Notes: generated by a model not told the origin, from the letters alone. A DNA stretch of 55,858 nucleotides, filler included, from Sphacelaria rigidula (GCA_964200075.2; 5 parts of 5 records of this genome joined end to end with filler, not necessarily neighbours in it), one strand, 5' to 3'. Counted from the whole stretch's first letter, positions 36,567 to 50,130 are shown. A program made the numbers and translations.

Positions 36567-39390
36567 TTACTGGCCACGATATGTCATGCAGAAAGAAGCC
36601 ACAGATTCCTTAGCATTTGTGACCGGTTGCATGTAAATATGTGCAGGCGCTATGCGTGCGTTTGCCTGCTGCTGCTGTTGGGTACGGCGCGGCCTGCACC
36701 TGTATTATTCTGTTGTTTGTCACCGATCTTGATATGTTCGTGTTGCTTGTGATTTTCGTCCTTGCAATCAATCTGATCCTATACACATGTACGTGTGCGC
36801 GGTAGGTTTTCACATCAGATTGTACCACGGCATCAGGACGTGAGGTCGGACACCGACAATGCAAAAAAATATTCCATATATATATATATATATTATATCC
36901 CTGTTGAGAGCGTTGGCATACTTAATCTCGGACTTTTCGGTGAAGCTGGTATACATGTTTGGGGCACATAATTTGTACAAGGGTGCTTGATATAGCACCA
37001 CCTACTGTAGGATACGCCTTGAATACTTCACTAACTCGGAATCACCCGTCCCATCTACCTCCACGTATCTCATCTCAGGTGTGCGCAAGCCAACCAACCT
37101 CGAAGAGAAGACCCACTTACGCCTAGCGTGCTGGCTTCTGCTAACGTGAGCTACGGAGAAAAGTGCGTACTGTACTTGTGATATAATGGCCGCTGCCCAA
37201 GATCCCAGTGTTGCCCGAGGTGATATCGCGGAAGGCGTGGACACGGTGGCAGGTGAGGGGGGTCGGTCGTACACGGCAGCGGCGTCCTCACGCAAAGTTC
37301 CGACGGACCATATACATTTTATCACCGGCAATACACGGAGCGTACAGTTCACCGCGTTGCCGTACCCCCGAGAGCGAACAATCCCTTGCCAATGTACTGT
37401 TCGGATTGCACGAATTCCCCCGAGCACACAGCACCACGTCGTGGCGGTTCGCTTACTGAAGCGGTCCCATGTGTCGCAACTGGCCAGCCTTCTATTTCAT
37501 GGCAGTCACGGTCGAGTATTCGACAGGTCTCGGCTAATACATATAGCGAGGGGGCGTAGAATGTAGGTTGTCACCTTCAGTGCGGAAAAAGTGGTTAAAG
37601 TGGTGCGAACAATAAGAGGTCGCCGCCGGCAATCCACCTAGTTTTTATACTAAGATAGTTCTTGGCCTTCGGCCTCGCCGATCGTCATGCTGCAACATAC
37701 GGCCTGCTACACGTGCCCGCCATCCTCTCCTCAGCCGGGTGGGATCCCTTGCGTGTAGATGGAGCTGTTGCAGCCACATGTTCGGAGGTGGAATGCCGTT
37801 CCTAGCTCTGGCATTGGATGGCACTGTCGCCGCGGTTACTGGGACACCGACCAACCGATTTACCCACTTGCACACCGAACCGGCACCTAATACGCTACGA
37901 AAGAAATCGGAAAATGGGTGAGGCTCAGCCTTATGGCGGAAAAAGGAGGGGTAATCACAAGGAAGCAAGAGTACAGTAGGAGGTATGTATGTTGGTCTGT
38001 TGCCGCGATACCCCTCCCTGCCCCCGCCCTCCCCCCTTCCCCCCACGAAACAAGGGGCGGCGCACTTTTCCCCCCACAAATTATCGTGGAATGGTTAGGG
38101 CTATTCGCCAAGATTGTTTTGGGTTGTTAACCATCGAAGAGAACATGAACCAGCGGCGCCGTTACCTTTGAAGTGGTACACCATGTCACACAGCCCGGGC
38201 CTGAGGCACAGGCACACATCAACTTCTGATCCCACTGTCCCAGGATAGGCAACGGATAGCTCGAGCCGTAGCTGTTGATCAACTGAGTATAGCGTTTTTG
38301 GCTCCGGGAAAACTAGTCATGATCAAACATGATACGATGATTTCTGTCAAGCGGGAACCGTCTCACAAACGACTCCATCGTGAGTAACGCTTGTGGCTCA
38401 CCCACGGCCGGCCCTGTTCCACTACCGAACGGAACGGGTTGCCGTTAAATAAACAACACTGTGTGTAGATGAGCAAGCACTAGCGATGGGCGCCATGTGC
38501 TTGTGACGGGTGTGTGTGTGCATGTTTGTTCGAGTCGGTTGTGTAGCTGTAACGCATTTCGGCCACGCGTTCTAGTCACACCCCTTGAAATTCCCACACC
38601 TGTTTCCGACTGCGTCCAGCGTCGGAAGAAACACCGCTCTTTCACAGATGTCCGTTTTGTGCTTTCCTCGTTAGGACCCAAACTGGTCGTTGTGGGCAGG
38701 CAAACCGCCCTGCCCGCGTTTTTTTAGCTTCCATTTGTTGTCTCGATGAGGCACGATCCAAGCTCCAGCTTGGCTGCGAGCTCGTTGATGTCCTTGAACG
38801 CCGCCTCGTCACTCTCCTGCGCTGTTTCCACGCTTTTACCTGATGGTGCTGCGTGTCTCATGTATTCACGAGTTACCCCACTCGACTTCCAACCTACTCT
38901 CAGCATAGCCGTCGCGAGGCCATGGCCCGCTGTCGTTCTCGCAACTGCTGCTCTGAAGATACGATGGTCAGTGGTGAACTCCTTGTTCCCCAGCCCCCTT
39001 ATCTGCGCGAGCTCGCCAATCTACACGCCGTGGGTCTCGGTATCATCGCGCTTGTGACTTTTTGCGCGGTCGAGATCTCCTGCAATGTCGATCTCTGGGA
39101 ACAAAACAATTCTGACCGTGGTTCCATCCACGCGTTTGCACGGCTGGCGCGAACTGCCCCGGCGCCGCGACTGTACACGTGTCAGGCATATTATATATCT
39201 GTCCGGCGCGACATGGTATACATGCTCCGACCCTTCCCTCGGTGTTTTGGTAGACGGGACTCACGAAATCACCCCATTTGTTATCCGACAAAGCAATACG
39301 TCGCTTACCAGCACCCGTGCGCAAGGTTCCTCTCGCGATCCGCTGCCCGGAACGTTGAACGATTCCAAGCAGTGTCATATCTTCGACCAG

Positions 39391-39472
39391 TGTGCTCCGT
39401 CCCGGCTTTGTAGGGATTTCAGGTCAATGGTCTCGTGACTATGGCATGCAAGGTCATGAGCACCTCCCCCCC
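39391..39472 (+). repeat. C-tailed short repeat inserted in the recombinase relic
   Basis: tgtgctccgtcccggctttgtagggatttcaggtcaatggtctcgtgactatggcatgcaaggtcatgagcacctccccccc. Confidence 0.85.
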
Positions 39473-40042
39473 AGGTTAGTGCTCGACCCTCCCCCAGGTT
39501 GGTGCTCGGCCCTAATTGCTCCAGAATCGCATGCGTGATAGCCTCTGAAGCGAGGTGTAATACGAGCACCACCTGCTTGACGGTAACTCTCGCCTGCAAT
39601 TCCTCTGCGACCATGAGCTCCAAGTACCCCGCCACTGGCCCACTCCGCGCGGGGTCACCTCTGTATGTTGTTAATTATTATTCGTACTTCGGAAAACACA
39701 CGCCTCAACTTGGACACTCTGTATTCTGCCCATCCAGCGAGGTCAACACGTATCGCTTTTGCACATCGCAAGCCTGACGCCGCGTACGCTCCCATGCCAT
39801 CGCTACCTGCTGCCGGGTACCTCTTGTCGTCTGTATCGTAATTGTGATGAAAGCTCACCGCACAGGATCCCCAGCATACCTCCACCAAATCGTTCACCTG
39901 ATGCAGATCTTGACGACATACTTCATCTGATGAACAACGTTCAACTTTCAAGAACGGCAATCTACATTTATGCGGAGGATCTTCTATGCACACACATGCA
40001 CATATATCTGAATATATGCCCGCCGAAAAACAAACAAACAAC

Positions 40043-40160
40043 ATTCGACAACGTTCCGAGAAGTTGTTCTGAATGAACAGATGTTCGACAATATTTTATA
40101 AAGTTGTTCGGAGTGAACAGATGCTCGACAGCGTTGTGGTATTTGTTCCGAGCTGAATGT
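40043..40160. repeat. ~40-bp degenerate tandem repeat, about 3 copies
   Basis: ttcgacaa...aagttgttc.ga.tgaacagatg recurs at 40-bp spacing. Confidence 0.7.
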
Positions 40161-43100
40161 AATATTTAGCAACGTGTTGTAAATGCTATACCGAACGCAA
40201 TATCTGACAGGAGTGAGGTACACAAATTGTTGTGAGGTACACAAATGATTCATGTTCTGTTGAGAGTGCGGACGTACGTACGCACGTCTGACACCTTATC
40301 GCAGACGTACGTGCTTTCGTTCCACCCAAGAAAAATCACCGTTCAGGCATAGTCCGCGCCGCCAGACTTCACGCCAAACGACGGCCCTAGATCTTGGTGC
40401 GGCATCACGTGGTGGAAACCTTTCTCATCATGCAGCCTTCTCATCGTGCAGCCCTGAAAACACTCCTGTCAGGCGAAGCCCACGATCACTTTTGCCGTAT
40501 CCATGGTGAAGCAGGACATGTTCGCGGTGGTCGTTGAGCGGCCTGACATCGTTCACTAACCGCGGCTTCGTGAACTCAACCCTCAACAATTGTTTCAATC
40601 TGGGGCGACATTTTGTTGTTCAGCCGTGTTGCTGCTTCCAGGACATGAGATGTAATTTTTGCCACCCCGCCACCTCCACCGCATGACACCACGTACTCAG
40701 CATGATCGGCTGATATTCTGCCCGGAAACATATGTTCCAGTAGGAACTCCATACGAAGTAGCCCCCGCAACAACTTCCCGTTCAGAGCCTCCACTCGGAA
40801 GTCCAAACATATTGCCACCATGCACTAGTCATGGTTAAATATCTCCCCAGTTTGTGTAAATATCTAGCAGATCCTCGTTTCCGACCCTTGCGTGATGCTG
40901 GAGGGCCCTACGCTCAAAAGGTTTTTCATGTTACGGAACGCTACTTCCCATGACGACTGTGATCCTACCTGCTCATAACCTTTCACGACTACGGCGCTAC
41001 GAGGTATGCCCGCGGGGCGGACTGTAGCTAACCCGAGTCATCGTGCCCACTCTGCATGTGTTTGCGGTGATTTCGACTGCGGCGACTTCGTGACATCAAC
41101 TGCATGGTGTCGGTCCTCTAAATAGCGCTTTCCACCATGCATCTGCATCAACCTACTATACGGTATAACTGTGTAGGATATACGTATGTATCGTCTTGGT
41201 CTTGCTAATGAGCGAGTCATGATCACGCAAAGGGCAAAAGTTTGTGCCAAGCAAAGACTATCCCGTCCCAGTTTATAGCGGATGAACCCAGCAACCTCTA
41301 GCCCCAACGCGTCTCCATGCGCCCGACCGTGGTCGTACTCGCTGTTCCTGAATCGGCAGGGCTTGTGCCCAGATTGCCAAGGCGGCCATGATGGCTGGCT
41401 GAAATCATCTGCATGAGAAGGATCCGATGGTTTCACCGTTGCATGCGTCAACACGTCAGCCCGCTACTCCGCCACTACAAGGCTCAACATGGATCCCGTT
41501 GTTCGAATTCTCCGCCTGCGATGTCGTGTGAGCGGACTGCTGTGCAACTTAAACGAGATGACAGGGTTGGATTTATTACCGTTGGAAGATCGCGTATGGG
41601 CGCTGCCGTGAACTCGCCCGTGCTCAGCATAGCGTCTCGTTTTTTTTTTTTGTAAAATTTCAGGACGTTACAAGCGCTGTTTCGCGACCGCTCGGGCTTG
41701 GCATGAGTTCGCATTTATTTCATGTTTTGCTTCAAGCAAATCGAGTCACTATACTAGATAGCAGTAAGATTGTACACTATTACAGCACCCCGTTGCATGC
41801 ACCTACATACCACTAAACAAGGCGGTACCTCGCCTCTGCCTGTCGACATCTCATCAACAACAGTGCGTGGTAAGATCGGATAAAATCGGCCAACCAGCTG
41901 CGCAACACGCCCGTTGCCAACTTCGTTGTCGTCGTTCGGTGGTTCCTGCTGGCAAGCTAGATAAACCATACAAGTAACGTCGCGAACCTCTCCTGCAATT
42001 GAAACGCACGCACCTCCACTTGTGCTCGCCGCCATCCCACCAAGCACGATGAAGCAAGGAGGCATGGTGGTTTGCCAACCACTGAAACCCACCCAAACGG
42101 ACAAGGAAGTGGGTCCATCACAAAGCCGCCTCAAACCATCAAGCAGCTCGCCTCCGGCCACGCTCTCTGCGGCGTCGCCATTCCTTTTACCTGACGACTA
42201 TGAGCCCCCCGCCCCCCCACCTGAAATTTGCGTACATATCCCATGCACGTAGTGCGATTACGTGCACGCAGGCAGGACCGCCCAACCCTATGCGTGCTTA
42301 GTGACGGGTGGGCAGGCACGTTCGACCGAGGCAATGTTTACGCCCATGCTGCTCCATTCGCTCTGCCTTTCCTGCCCGCATCATCGGCGTCACAACTCTT
42401 ACATAGGTGAATATCGCCGTCGCCGCTCTTTTTGCCGCCGCGTCGCCGCCACCCCGATATATGCACTTGACCGTACGCCCTTCTCCCCCTTCGCAATTGA
42501 CGCAAAATCCGCTGGCGAGAACGGTTCTTGTCTTCGCGTGGCTGTCGATACACTCCCGGTTGTGAGCAATACGCTGTCGGCTTGTCACTGTTGGCACATG
42601 GTTGCTGCGCCCTAAGCATGCGAGCTGGTTCCCGTTCCGAATGCCGCGCTAGAAGAATATTGTGCCTCTGTAGCAGATGCTACGCGTCGGCTTGCTTTCC
42701 CCCCGCCCGCAACGCGGGTCCGGGATTTTCCCATATGTGCTGGCCATGGCCATCTTACGTGTCGTTGAGAATGCACTCGGTCGTTCGCAGTCACGGTCAG
42801 AAAAACACGAACGCTTGGGTGAGGGGGACAAACGGGTTGCGGTCCGCTGTCGACATACTTGTTTCTTCGATGCAACACGACGCGCGCTATCGGATTTGCC
42901 CGCGTTTCAGGCCCGCGCGCTACTCGTACCACTTCACCATGGGCGCTCCGCCTATAGCATACCGCACGCAGAAAAGCAAACTCGCCCTTTTCCCATATTT
43001 TTGCAACGTTCATACACTACCTACACCCCTCGTACAGGCGCGCTACGCCCAAACACACCGCTTGCCCTCAAAGCATACATCAGCTCGAGTTCATGCAAGC

Positions 43101-44667
43101 CACAAACTGTGCGCAAGGCGCTCCAGTCATCACCTGCTGCGCACCAACCAGCAAATCGCTCGGATGAGTACACAGCCACCAATATCTGCTATCCAGTGCG
43201 AGCACCAAACAATCGCCGGGAGCTATTGATTCGTGTGGAGCGCGTACGCTACATGTACGTACCCTTGATACGGCACATATCCCGGCATATCATGCGTAAT
43301 ACACCAAAACTGCATCAATAACAAATTCGCGTCAAAGGCGTACACTACCGTGCACGTGGCGCTCCTACCATGAAATCTCTTCGCTCAACCCAGCAAATCA
43401 GGTGGCTAGAGTACAACCACTGGCGTCAACCACCCACCGCGCGCGCAAAGTACTCGCGGAGGTAACGCATTCTGTAGATGCCCAAGCCCGCTAAGTGTAA
43501 AGCATTGCGTACACACGCAGATCGCTCGTGCTAGGATTCAAGCGCTACTCCTCTCTATTCACCGTGCTCAAAAATGCCCGTCTGAACATATTTCATACTC
43601 TGAACACGGATCCCCCACATTTCGACTGCGTATTGTAACTGCCTGATGCATACGCCATGAGCGCGATAAATGACGTGGTTGGTCACACGCAGCTCATCCC
43701 TTGTCTTGACTACACATTCAGTGTTGCTACTGTACGTACCTGTATATTACAACCTCAAAACTGAGTTCTGCATGTAAATCAGCCGACCGATATGCTTGGC
43801 TTGCTCTTGAACACGTTGCCATGGCTGGGCTCTGGTGCAGACGCCCGTTTTGCATGTTGCAGCCTTGAACGAAACACATATTTCTGCCACGCCTGGGCAA
43901 CGCACGAGTACAGCACTGCCGCTTGAACTCTACAATTTTGATATTTTCAATCTCAGCTTCGCTGCAGTCGTACACACTTCACATCACGGACTCCTCTAGC
44001 TGCCGATTATGACCCAATTCGGCGACATCGCCCCGTTCAGGTTGCTAAGTACCCTTGGGCTAATTGCATCAAATGGGCGACGTCGGAACCTCCGTCTCCT
44101 TCTCGCTTTGTTTTGCTGCCGGCTATAGCTGGCCCTGCTGGTTTCTTCGTCTTCGCCGGTTCGCAAATATAGTTTTGCCGCCACATTTGCTGCTCCCTTT
44201 TTTTTCTCACTCAAGGCTGCCGTGTGGAAGTTCTAAAGGCTGCTGATCGTCCGGCGCCTGCCCGTCCTTCGCTGCCCTCAGGGACCACGACATGCTCTAC
44301 ATTGTAAACTTCAGACAATGGAGATGGCCAACCGCGCTCTTAGCAGTGACCGTGCAATGGCTTGGCAAGCCGCTATTGGTTAATGATCGCCGAACGCATC
44401 CCACCGGCCCGCTCGGCTGCCGCGACCCTGTGTACGATATGCCTCGGTTATATACGTCCCCCCTCCCCCTGGCCCCCATAGCCTGGTCCGGCGAGAACCC
44501 GGTGTGCTCCGTCCCGGCTTTGTAGGGGCGGACCCCCGATCGGGTTGGCGCCGGTTGGCGATGACGCTGTAGAACACGCCACTCACTACGGAAGCTAGGC
44601 GACCAGGTTACCATTTTTTTTGCGCGCTTGCGTTATTTTTTGCGGTAAACATGATGGTACTCGAGCT

Positions 44668-44767
44668 NNNNNNNNNNNNNNNNNNNNNNNNNNNNNNNNN
44701 NNNNNNNNNNNTTAATTAATTAANNNNNNNNNNNNNNNNNNNNNNNNNNNNNNNNNNNNNNNNNNNN
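44668..44767. other. Artificial contig-joining spacer
   Basis: N44-TTAATTAATTAA-N44. Confidence 0.98.
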
Positions 44768-45035
44768 GCTGATGCGCCCACATATACCGAAAGGTGTAGA
44801 CTGGCACCCAGAATGAATGGGACGACAACAGTTTTACGTCATGTTCATATCTAAACACCGTCTTCAATTTATTCATCTAGAAGCATAACTACCGCAATTC
44901 ATTGTTGTTACAATGCTCGGGAGGAGCCTTTTTTTTTCTTTTCATGTTTGTGTTACGTGTCCGTGTTTCTGATCAGATACCGCATCAAGCAGATCGCCCT
45001 CTTTCCCCCTTCCATTGCTCCGCACCGACGATCAG

Positions 45036-46030
45036 GCAACGCTGATCCCCCAAAACGAGAGATGAAGCCTGCACAAATCAAGGCAGGGAAGCACCCAGCC
45101 CGACGCGCGCCAAATAGCATCACCGAAGGTGCCGTCCCGGAGGATGAAGGAGCGGGTGGGCAAGAAGAACCTCCAGATAGTGGCCAGGCACAAGCAGAAC
45201 CCGCCGGCGGCTTCACCTCCTCCTCTGCCGCCCCCTCCTCCGTGACGATGAAAGGTGCGAGCGCCGGTCACACACCACAATCAGCAGCAGCAGCAGCAGC
45301 AATGGCATTGGTTGGAGCAGGGGAAGCTTCCTCTAGCTGCGGCGATAGTGGTGCTCAAGCCTCATCGCATGCCACCGCCTGTCGAACCGGAGACGTTGCG
45401 AAGAGCGCTGCGACCGCGGGAAGCGCTGACGCGGAGGCGACCGTGAGTAGTCGGCGACCCTCGGAGTTAGTCGTGGCACCTGAAGGTGGTGGTGGTGGTG
45501 GCGGCGGTAGCAGCCCGATGGGTGCTGCTGCTGTCGATGGCCCGTCGACGTCGGCCGTGACCGTGGCGGCTAGTTCTCGTTCGCCTGACGCACCCACCCC
45601 CGCCTCCGCAGCATCAGCAGCAGCATCACCAGGGATGAATACGAAGAAGAAAAAGCCGAAGCAGGATGGGGTCCAGTCGGGAACGGTCTCGGGATCGGTT
45701 CCCGAAGTGGACCCCGGTGCTGCACAGGAACTGCTCCAGGAACCCGCGAGAGCCAGGGCGGGGGCGTCCACGAGGGTAGCGGCGCACGCCGCCTCGGCCG
45801 CCATCACGGCAAACGCTAAAGAGAGATGGGACCCGCAGAAGCTGCTCGAGCAGGAAGAGAAGCAGGCAGCGGCGGCGGCGGCAGCTACAGCGGCGGGGCG
45901 GGAGCCGTCTTCGGAGGAGGATGTGGATGAGCTGGAGCGGCACGGAACGGGGCCAGATGCAGTAGTGTTGAGGGCGCTGCGCGCTCGATTTGAAAAATGG
46001 CGGGAAGAGAACACCAAGCGTGTGGAAGAG
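45036..46030 (+). CDS. Low-complexity Ala/Ser/Gly-rich exon, probably of the bromodomain gene
   Basis: Lies within the 402-aa ORF; pyrimidine tract plus cag acceptor at 45035 (alternative at 44976); donor GAG|gtacgt; NLS-like TKKKKPK. Confidence 0.75.
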
Positions 46031-46321
46031 GTACGTATGTGTGTCGTACGCTTGATCCGGTGTGTTCGTACACCGGTGTGTCATACTGTAGTGTATTGTG
46101 TATTATACTCCAGCGTTTGTAGCATACTCCAGTGTCTGTCTCGCGCTTTCTATTGAGTACATTTTCACGTCACAGCTCGGGAAGAATTTGAGACGTGACA
46201 TCTGATGTCGGTCTTAACGCAGCATGCACGTTCAAAAAATGATCTCTCTATCCCCAGACGTCGTCTTGTTCGCTGGACGTACGTGATGTGTTCGTGAGAT
46301 AAATATATGTAGGATAGTTCA

Positions 46322-46385
46322 TGTGACCACGGCTGGATCCCTGGGGGGGCAGTTAAAGTGCGACAATCAACCAATCAATCAAGAT
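46322..46385 (+). repeat. Short retroposed repeat with (AATC)n tail
   Basis: tgtgaccacggctggatccctgggggg...tgcgacaatcaaccaatcaatcaag. Confidence 0.7.
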
Positions 46386-47592
46386 CGATATATGGCTTCT
46401 CTCGCGCATGAAGGAGTGAAGTCAACCATTCAAAAAAGAAGGGTAGTTGGGGTCTTCATTTCAGGCACATTGATGCATCGGATCCAAGCTTCAGGTAAAA
46501 AACGATCGTGCTGGTTTTCACGGATCCAAACTGAAATATTTCGTAGTCTGTTCGGCTGAGTCCATTAGGTGGTAGTCGACACGATGAGGGTGTGCTAATG
46601 GTCATGATCCAATGCGCGATGAAACCAACGTGTAGGGCGTATCCCGTGAGAGATACGATGGGTTGGTCCTTGAGGCCATGGACTCGCCCCAAGGGAAGAG
46701 AGGAGTGGAATAGATGTAAGAAGAACATACATATATATATATATATATATACAAGGTTCCCCTTCTGGAGGTTGATACTGGCCCCCCTGGGGTGACGCAA
46801 GTCGAAAATATACCAGTGTTACAGGTACTCCTTTTTCATATTATGGAGGCAATTGTGTGGGAGAATATGTACCTTCCAGTAGATACTCGTACTGTCACAT
46901 TTCGCAGTTTCGAATGTCTCAGGCCAAGAGTGGCGGGAAGAGCGGTGGACACTTCCAGCATGAAGAGCTCGCTTCACGGGCGGTGTGCGGAGGTGGAAAA
47001 AACACCATCACGCACTAGACCCGTCCCAGCACACATCGCAAGTGATTGGTACTGAAATAAGGTCGCGTCCCGGTAGTACACGGCGAACTTGTGCAGGGTT
47101 CTCTAAATGCCGGCCTGACCCGCGCGCACGGATTTCAAATCACACTTGTATACAGTATATATGTATGATATTGCTTGCTGTCTGTGTGTACGTGGTGTAC
47201 CACCCCTCGCTCTGCCACATCTAGTACAGCGGTCGGTGTTGCAGCTAAGTGTGCATTGCCCTAGGTGGCGCACGCAAGAGTAACATGCCGCCTCTGCCGC
47301 TATAATGCCTGCCTGTATCATGAGCGGATGGTAACACAGCCGCTATGGCGCGCGAGCCGGCTGTAAAAATTCATACCGCGTGGAGATTTCTACCCTGTCT
47401 TGAAGTCATACTGCGCGCAGTTCCCACTTTTGTACGAGTATTGTGCACGTCGCAGAAGGCAATAGCTTCTATACTGTGCACAGTACATGTCTCTGAATTG
47501 TGTATTGACTGTAGAAAGCTCTTGTCTAGGGTGTAATACATTTCCATACATATCTGGCGGTGAGGTCGTGAAATAAAAAATAAAATCCACAG

Positions 47593-47776
47593 CACGTGGC
47601 CGAAGTGGAAGTGAGGCAATCACCGAAATATTCGCGTGCGAAGTCTGTGCGGCCGTACTCTACGTTGTTGACGCTAGAAGGACACCAGTGCAACGACCAT
47701 TCCGGCTGCCGGCCTGTGCAGGGCCATCCCGGTAGTGTTGGGACTGTCTGTACCGAGATGTCGCCCCCAGTGCCAG
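47593..47776 (+). CDS. Candidate exon of the same gene
   Basis: cacag|CAC GTG GCC...CCA G|gtacgc; phase 0 start matches the previous exon (HVAEVEVRQSPKYSRAK...). It ends in phase 1, so at least one unidentified exon is needed before 50131. Confidence 0.5.
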
Positions 47777-48747
47777 GTACGCCGGCAAGGTTCCGCAGCA
47801 TTACCCACTGGTCGCGCGACAGGAGGTCAATCTTCTACTGTCGAGATTTTTGAAGCGGAAATGTTCAGCTCTCAACCCTCCCATATATAGCGGGCCATAA
47901 TCTTTGCTTATTTGCTGGGTTTCTTTGAGCGTTCGTCCATAACTGGGCGAAGAGTGATGATGAGGCCGGTAGGATCCATCGCAGCCTGCGTGATCAACCA
48001 TCACTGTACCCTCTCTATCTAGCCGTCATCAGACAGCAGGGTGTTGGAAAAAAAAATGCCACGCACAGTGGGTATCCACCGTATCAATGCACATCGGACC
48101 ATCAGCGACTTCCCCTGTTGCAGCTGTGATTGTGACCCCTTCCTCTAGTATCAATCTACACAATCTTCAGTGTTCGTCACGATGCTTTTTTTGTGGATTG
48201 TTACGTCCGCATAATGGGGCAAATATTACGCAGATATGACCGTGTTAGAGGCTTCACGTCAAAACTAAATTATACGGGATCTCAGATCATTCGACTTGTG
48301 TTTGCTGCTGACTAAGTCAAGGCAATGTCCAGGTGTTTTCAACTGCTTTGCTCTCATGTTCTCGTGATATTCGCTGCGTAACCACTGTCTTCGTGTTCCC
48401 AAGTCATCGAGAACGCAAAGCAAATCACGTTGAAAAAATACCCCGCCATGAGCGGGCTTTTGTGGCTCTTGTTTGAAGTTTTCGACGATCTTGGAAAGAC
48501 TTCTGTCGTTCGGGATCGACACTCCGCGAAAAAGAGCCAGTGTGGGCGACTTTCGATGGCAAAAACACGCGTCACAGGTATCAGATGACACCCAAACCAG
48601 AACTGTAATGTACCGCTGACCCTCCTTCGTGCACTGCAAAAGAAAGCGCGGGCTAAGATGCCTTACAGCCAGAGAACACTCGGCAAAAGTGGTAAAAAAT
48701 GCGAAATGATACATGCACATATACATATCACACGTCGGACAACTCAT

Positions 48748-49180
48748 GAGTTGAGTCACTCGGCCAAAATATACACCGTTGAGTTATCTTCTATAACTCA
48801 CCCGGCCAGAAAGTGTATCGCTGCGTTATCATCTATAACTCACGTGACCGGAATGTGCACCGCTGAGTTATCCTCTACAACTCACCTGACCGGAATGTGC
48901 ATCGCTGAGTTATCCTCTACAACTCACCTGACCGGAATGTGCATCGCTGAGTCATCCTGTAAACTCACCCGACCAGAATATGCACCGCTGAGTTATTTTC
49001 TATAGCTCACCCAGCAAGAAATTGCACCGCTGAGTTATGCTGTACTACACCACCCGGCCAGAAAGTGGACCGCGGAGTTATGCAGTATAACGTCAGATTT
49101 TGCATCGCTGAGTTATGCTGTATGACTCACCCGGCCAGAATGTGCACCGCTGAGTTATTTTGCTGTATCTCACGGGTCAG
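48748..49180. repeat. 42-bp minisatellite, about 10 copies
   Basis: Unit cacctgaccggaatgtgcatcgctgagttatcctctacaact. Confidence 0.92.
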
Positions 49181-49198
49181 TTATGCGGAATAGAGTTA

Positions 49199-49667
49199 GA
49201 CCCACTTTTATGGCAATGAATGCCGATTCTAACAAATAGTTGGATTTCAGCCCGTCTACAGGCGATATTCTCCCGTGGATTGATTTTTCGGACCCTAGTC
49301 CGTTGGACAATGTTTTTCGGCTACCTGTGAGCAAACCAGATCAATTCTCCGATTTTCTGGGCGTTGACCTTTGGTTTATCACATTTCTGCCCAAATCGGG
49401 ACACTCTCGCATCTCCCCGCATCTCCACCGATTTTTCGAAAAAATCGGGAGAGATGCGGGAGTGTCCCGATTTGAGCAGGAATGTGATGAACCAAAAGTC
49501 AACGCCCATAGAATCGGAGAAATAATCTGGTTTGCTCACAGCTAGCCGAAAAACATTATCCAACGGACTGGGGTCCGAAAAATCAATCCACGGGAGATTA
49601 TCGCCTGTAAATGGGCTGAAATCCTCATATTTGTAAAAATCGGGATTCGTTGCCATAAAAGTGGGTC
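49199..49667. mobile_element. 469-bp palindromic foldback MITE, PIF/Harbinger-like
   Basis: GACCCACTTTTATGGCAA...TTGCCATAAAAGTGGGTC; arms pair up to the centre ccgatttttcgaaaaaatcgg; TTA TSD at 49196-49198 and 49668-49670. Confidence 0.93.
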
Positions 49668-50130
49668 TTACCTCGTGTCAACCTGAGGTAAGGTGTCCGC
49701 CCTGTGAAATATATTTTCGTTGATAATATATATATATATATATATATCCATTTGTATATGTGTATCCACCGGGAAAGAGATGGATTTTTAACGGCTGTAG
49801 TCGCGGATCTTTTTTTTTTTTTTTCAGACTTTTCAACCCTTGCTCTTCCTCGGGACGAATCACTCGGTGGTCTAGCGGTATCAACCCATCACCTCTCCCG
49901 GTACACGCCTTTTACATCTCTATATCGCGGATTGGCCCCGCGCTCCTCCTGCGGTGCGTCGACTCTCGTCAAATAAGCTCCTCCTCACGTCCGCACGTCC
50001 TCACGTCTCTGACGATGGAAATCGGATGGGCGTAAGGTGAAGAACCTCCTACGGGCATCTACCGGGGTTCAAACCCACCAATCAATCAATCGGTCGACCA
50101 TTCACTCAATCAACCAAATGAAACAACCAG

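Larger units (their letters stand above)
38724..42160 (-). mobile_element. Decayed DIRS-like tyrosine-recombinase retrotransposon
   Basis: Recombinase C-terminus GLGNKEFTTDHRIFRAAVA...MLRVGWKSSGVTREYM; N-terminal VSKLRRVFSE...GDPARSGPVAGYLE...EELQARVTVKQ; weaker RT-like (GEVPPCLVV, HADDF) and RNase H-like remnants upstream. Confidence 0.6.

Noticed and set aside
48748-49180. CRISPR-like array of palindromic repeats
   Set aside because: Units are contiguous with no unique spacers, there are no cas genes, and the context is a eukaryotic intron.
49240-49656. Two similar ORFs on opposite strands
   Set aside because: A consequence of the palindromic MITE, not genes.
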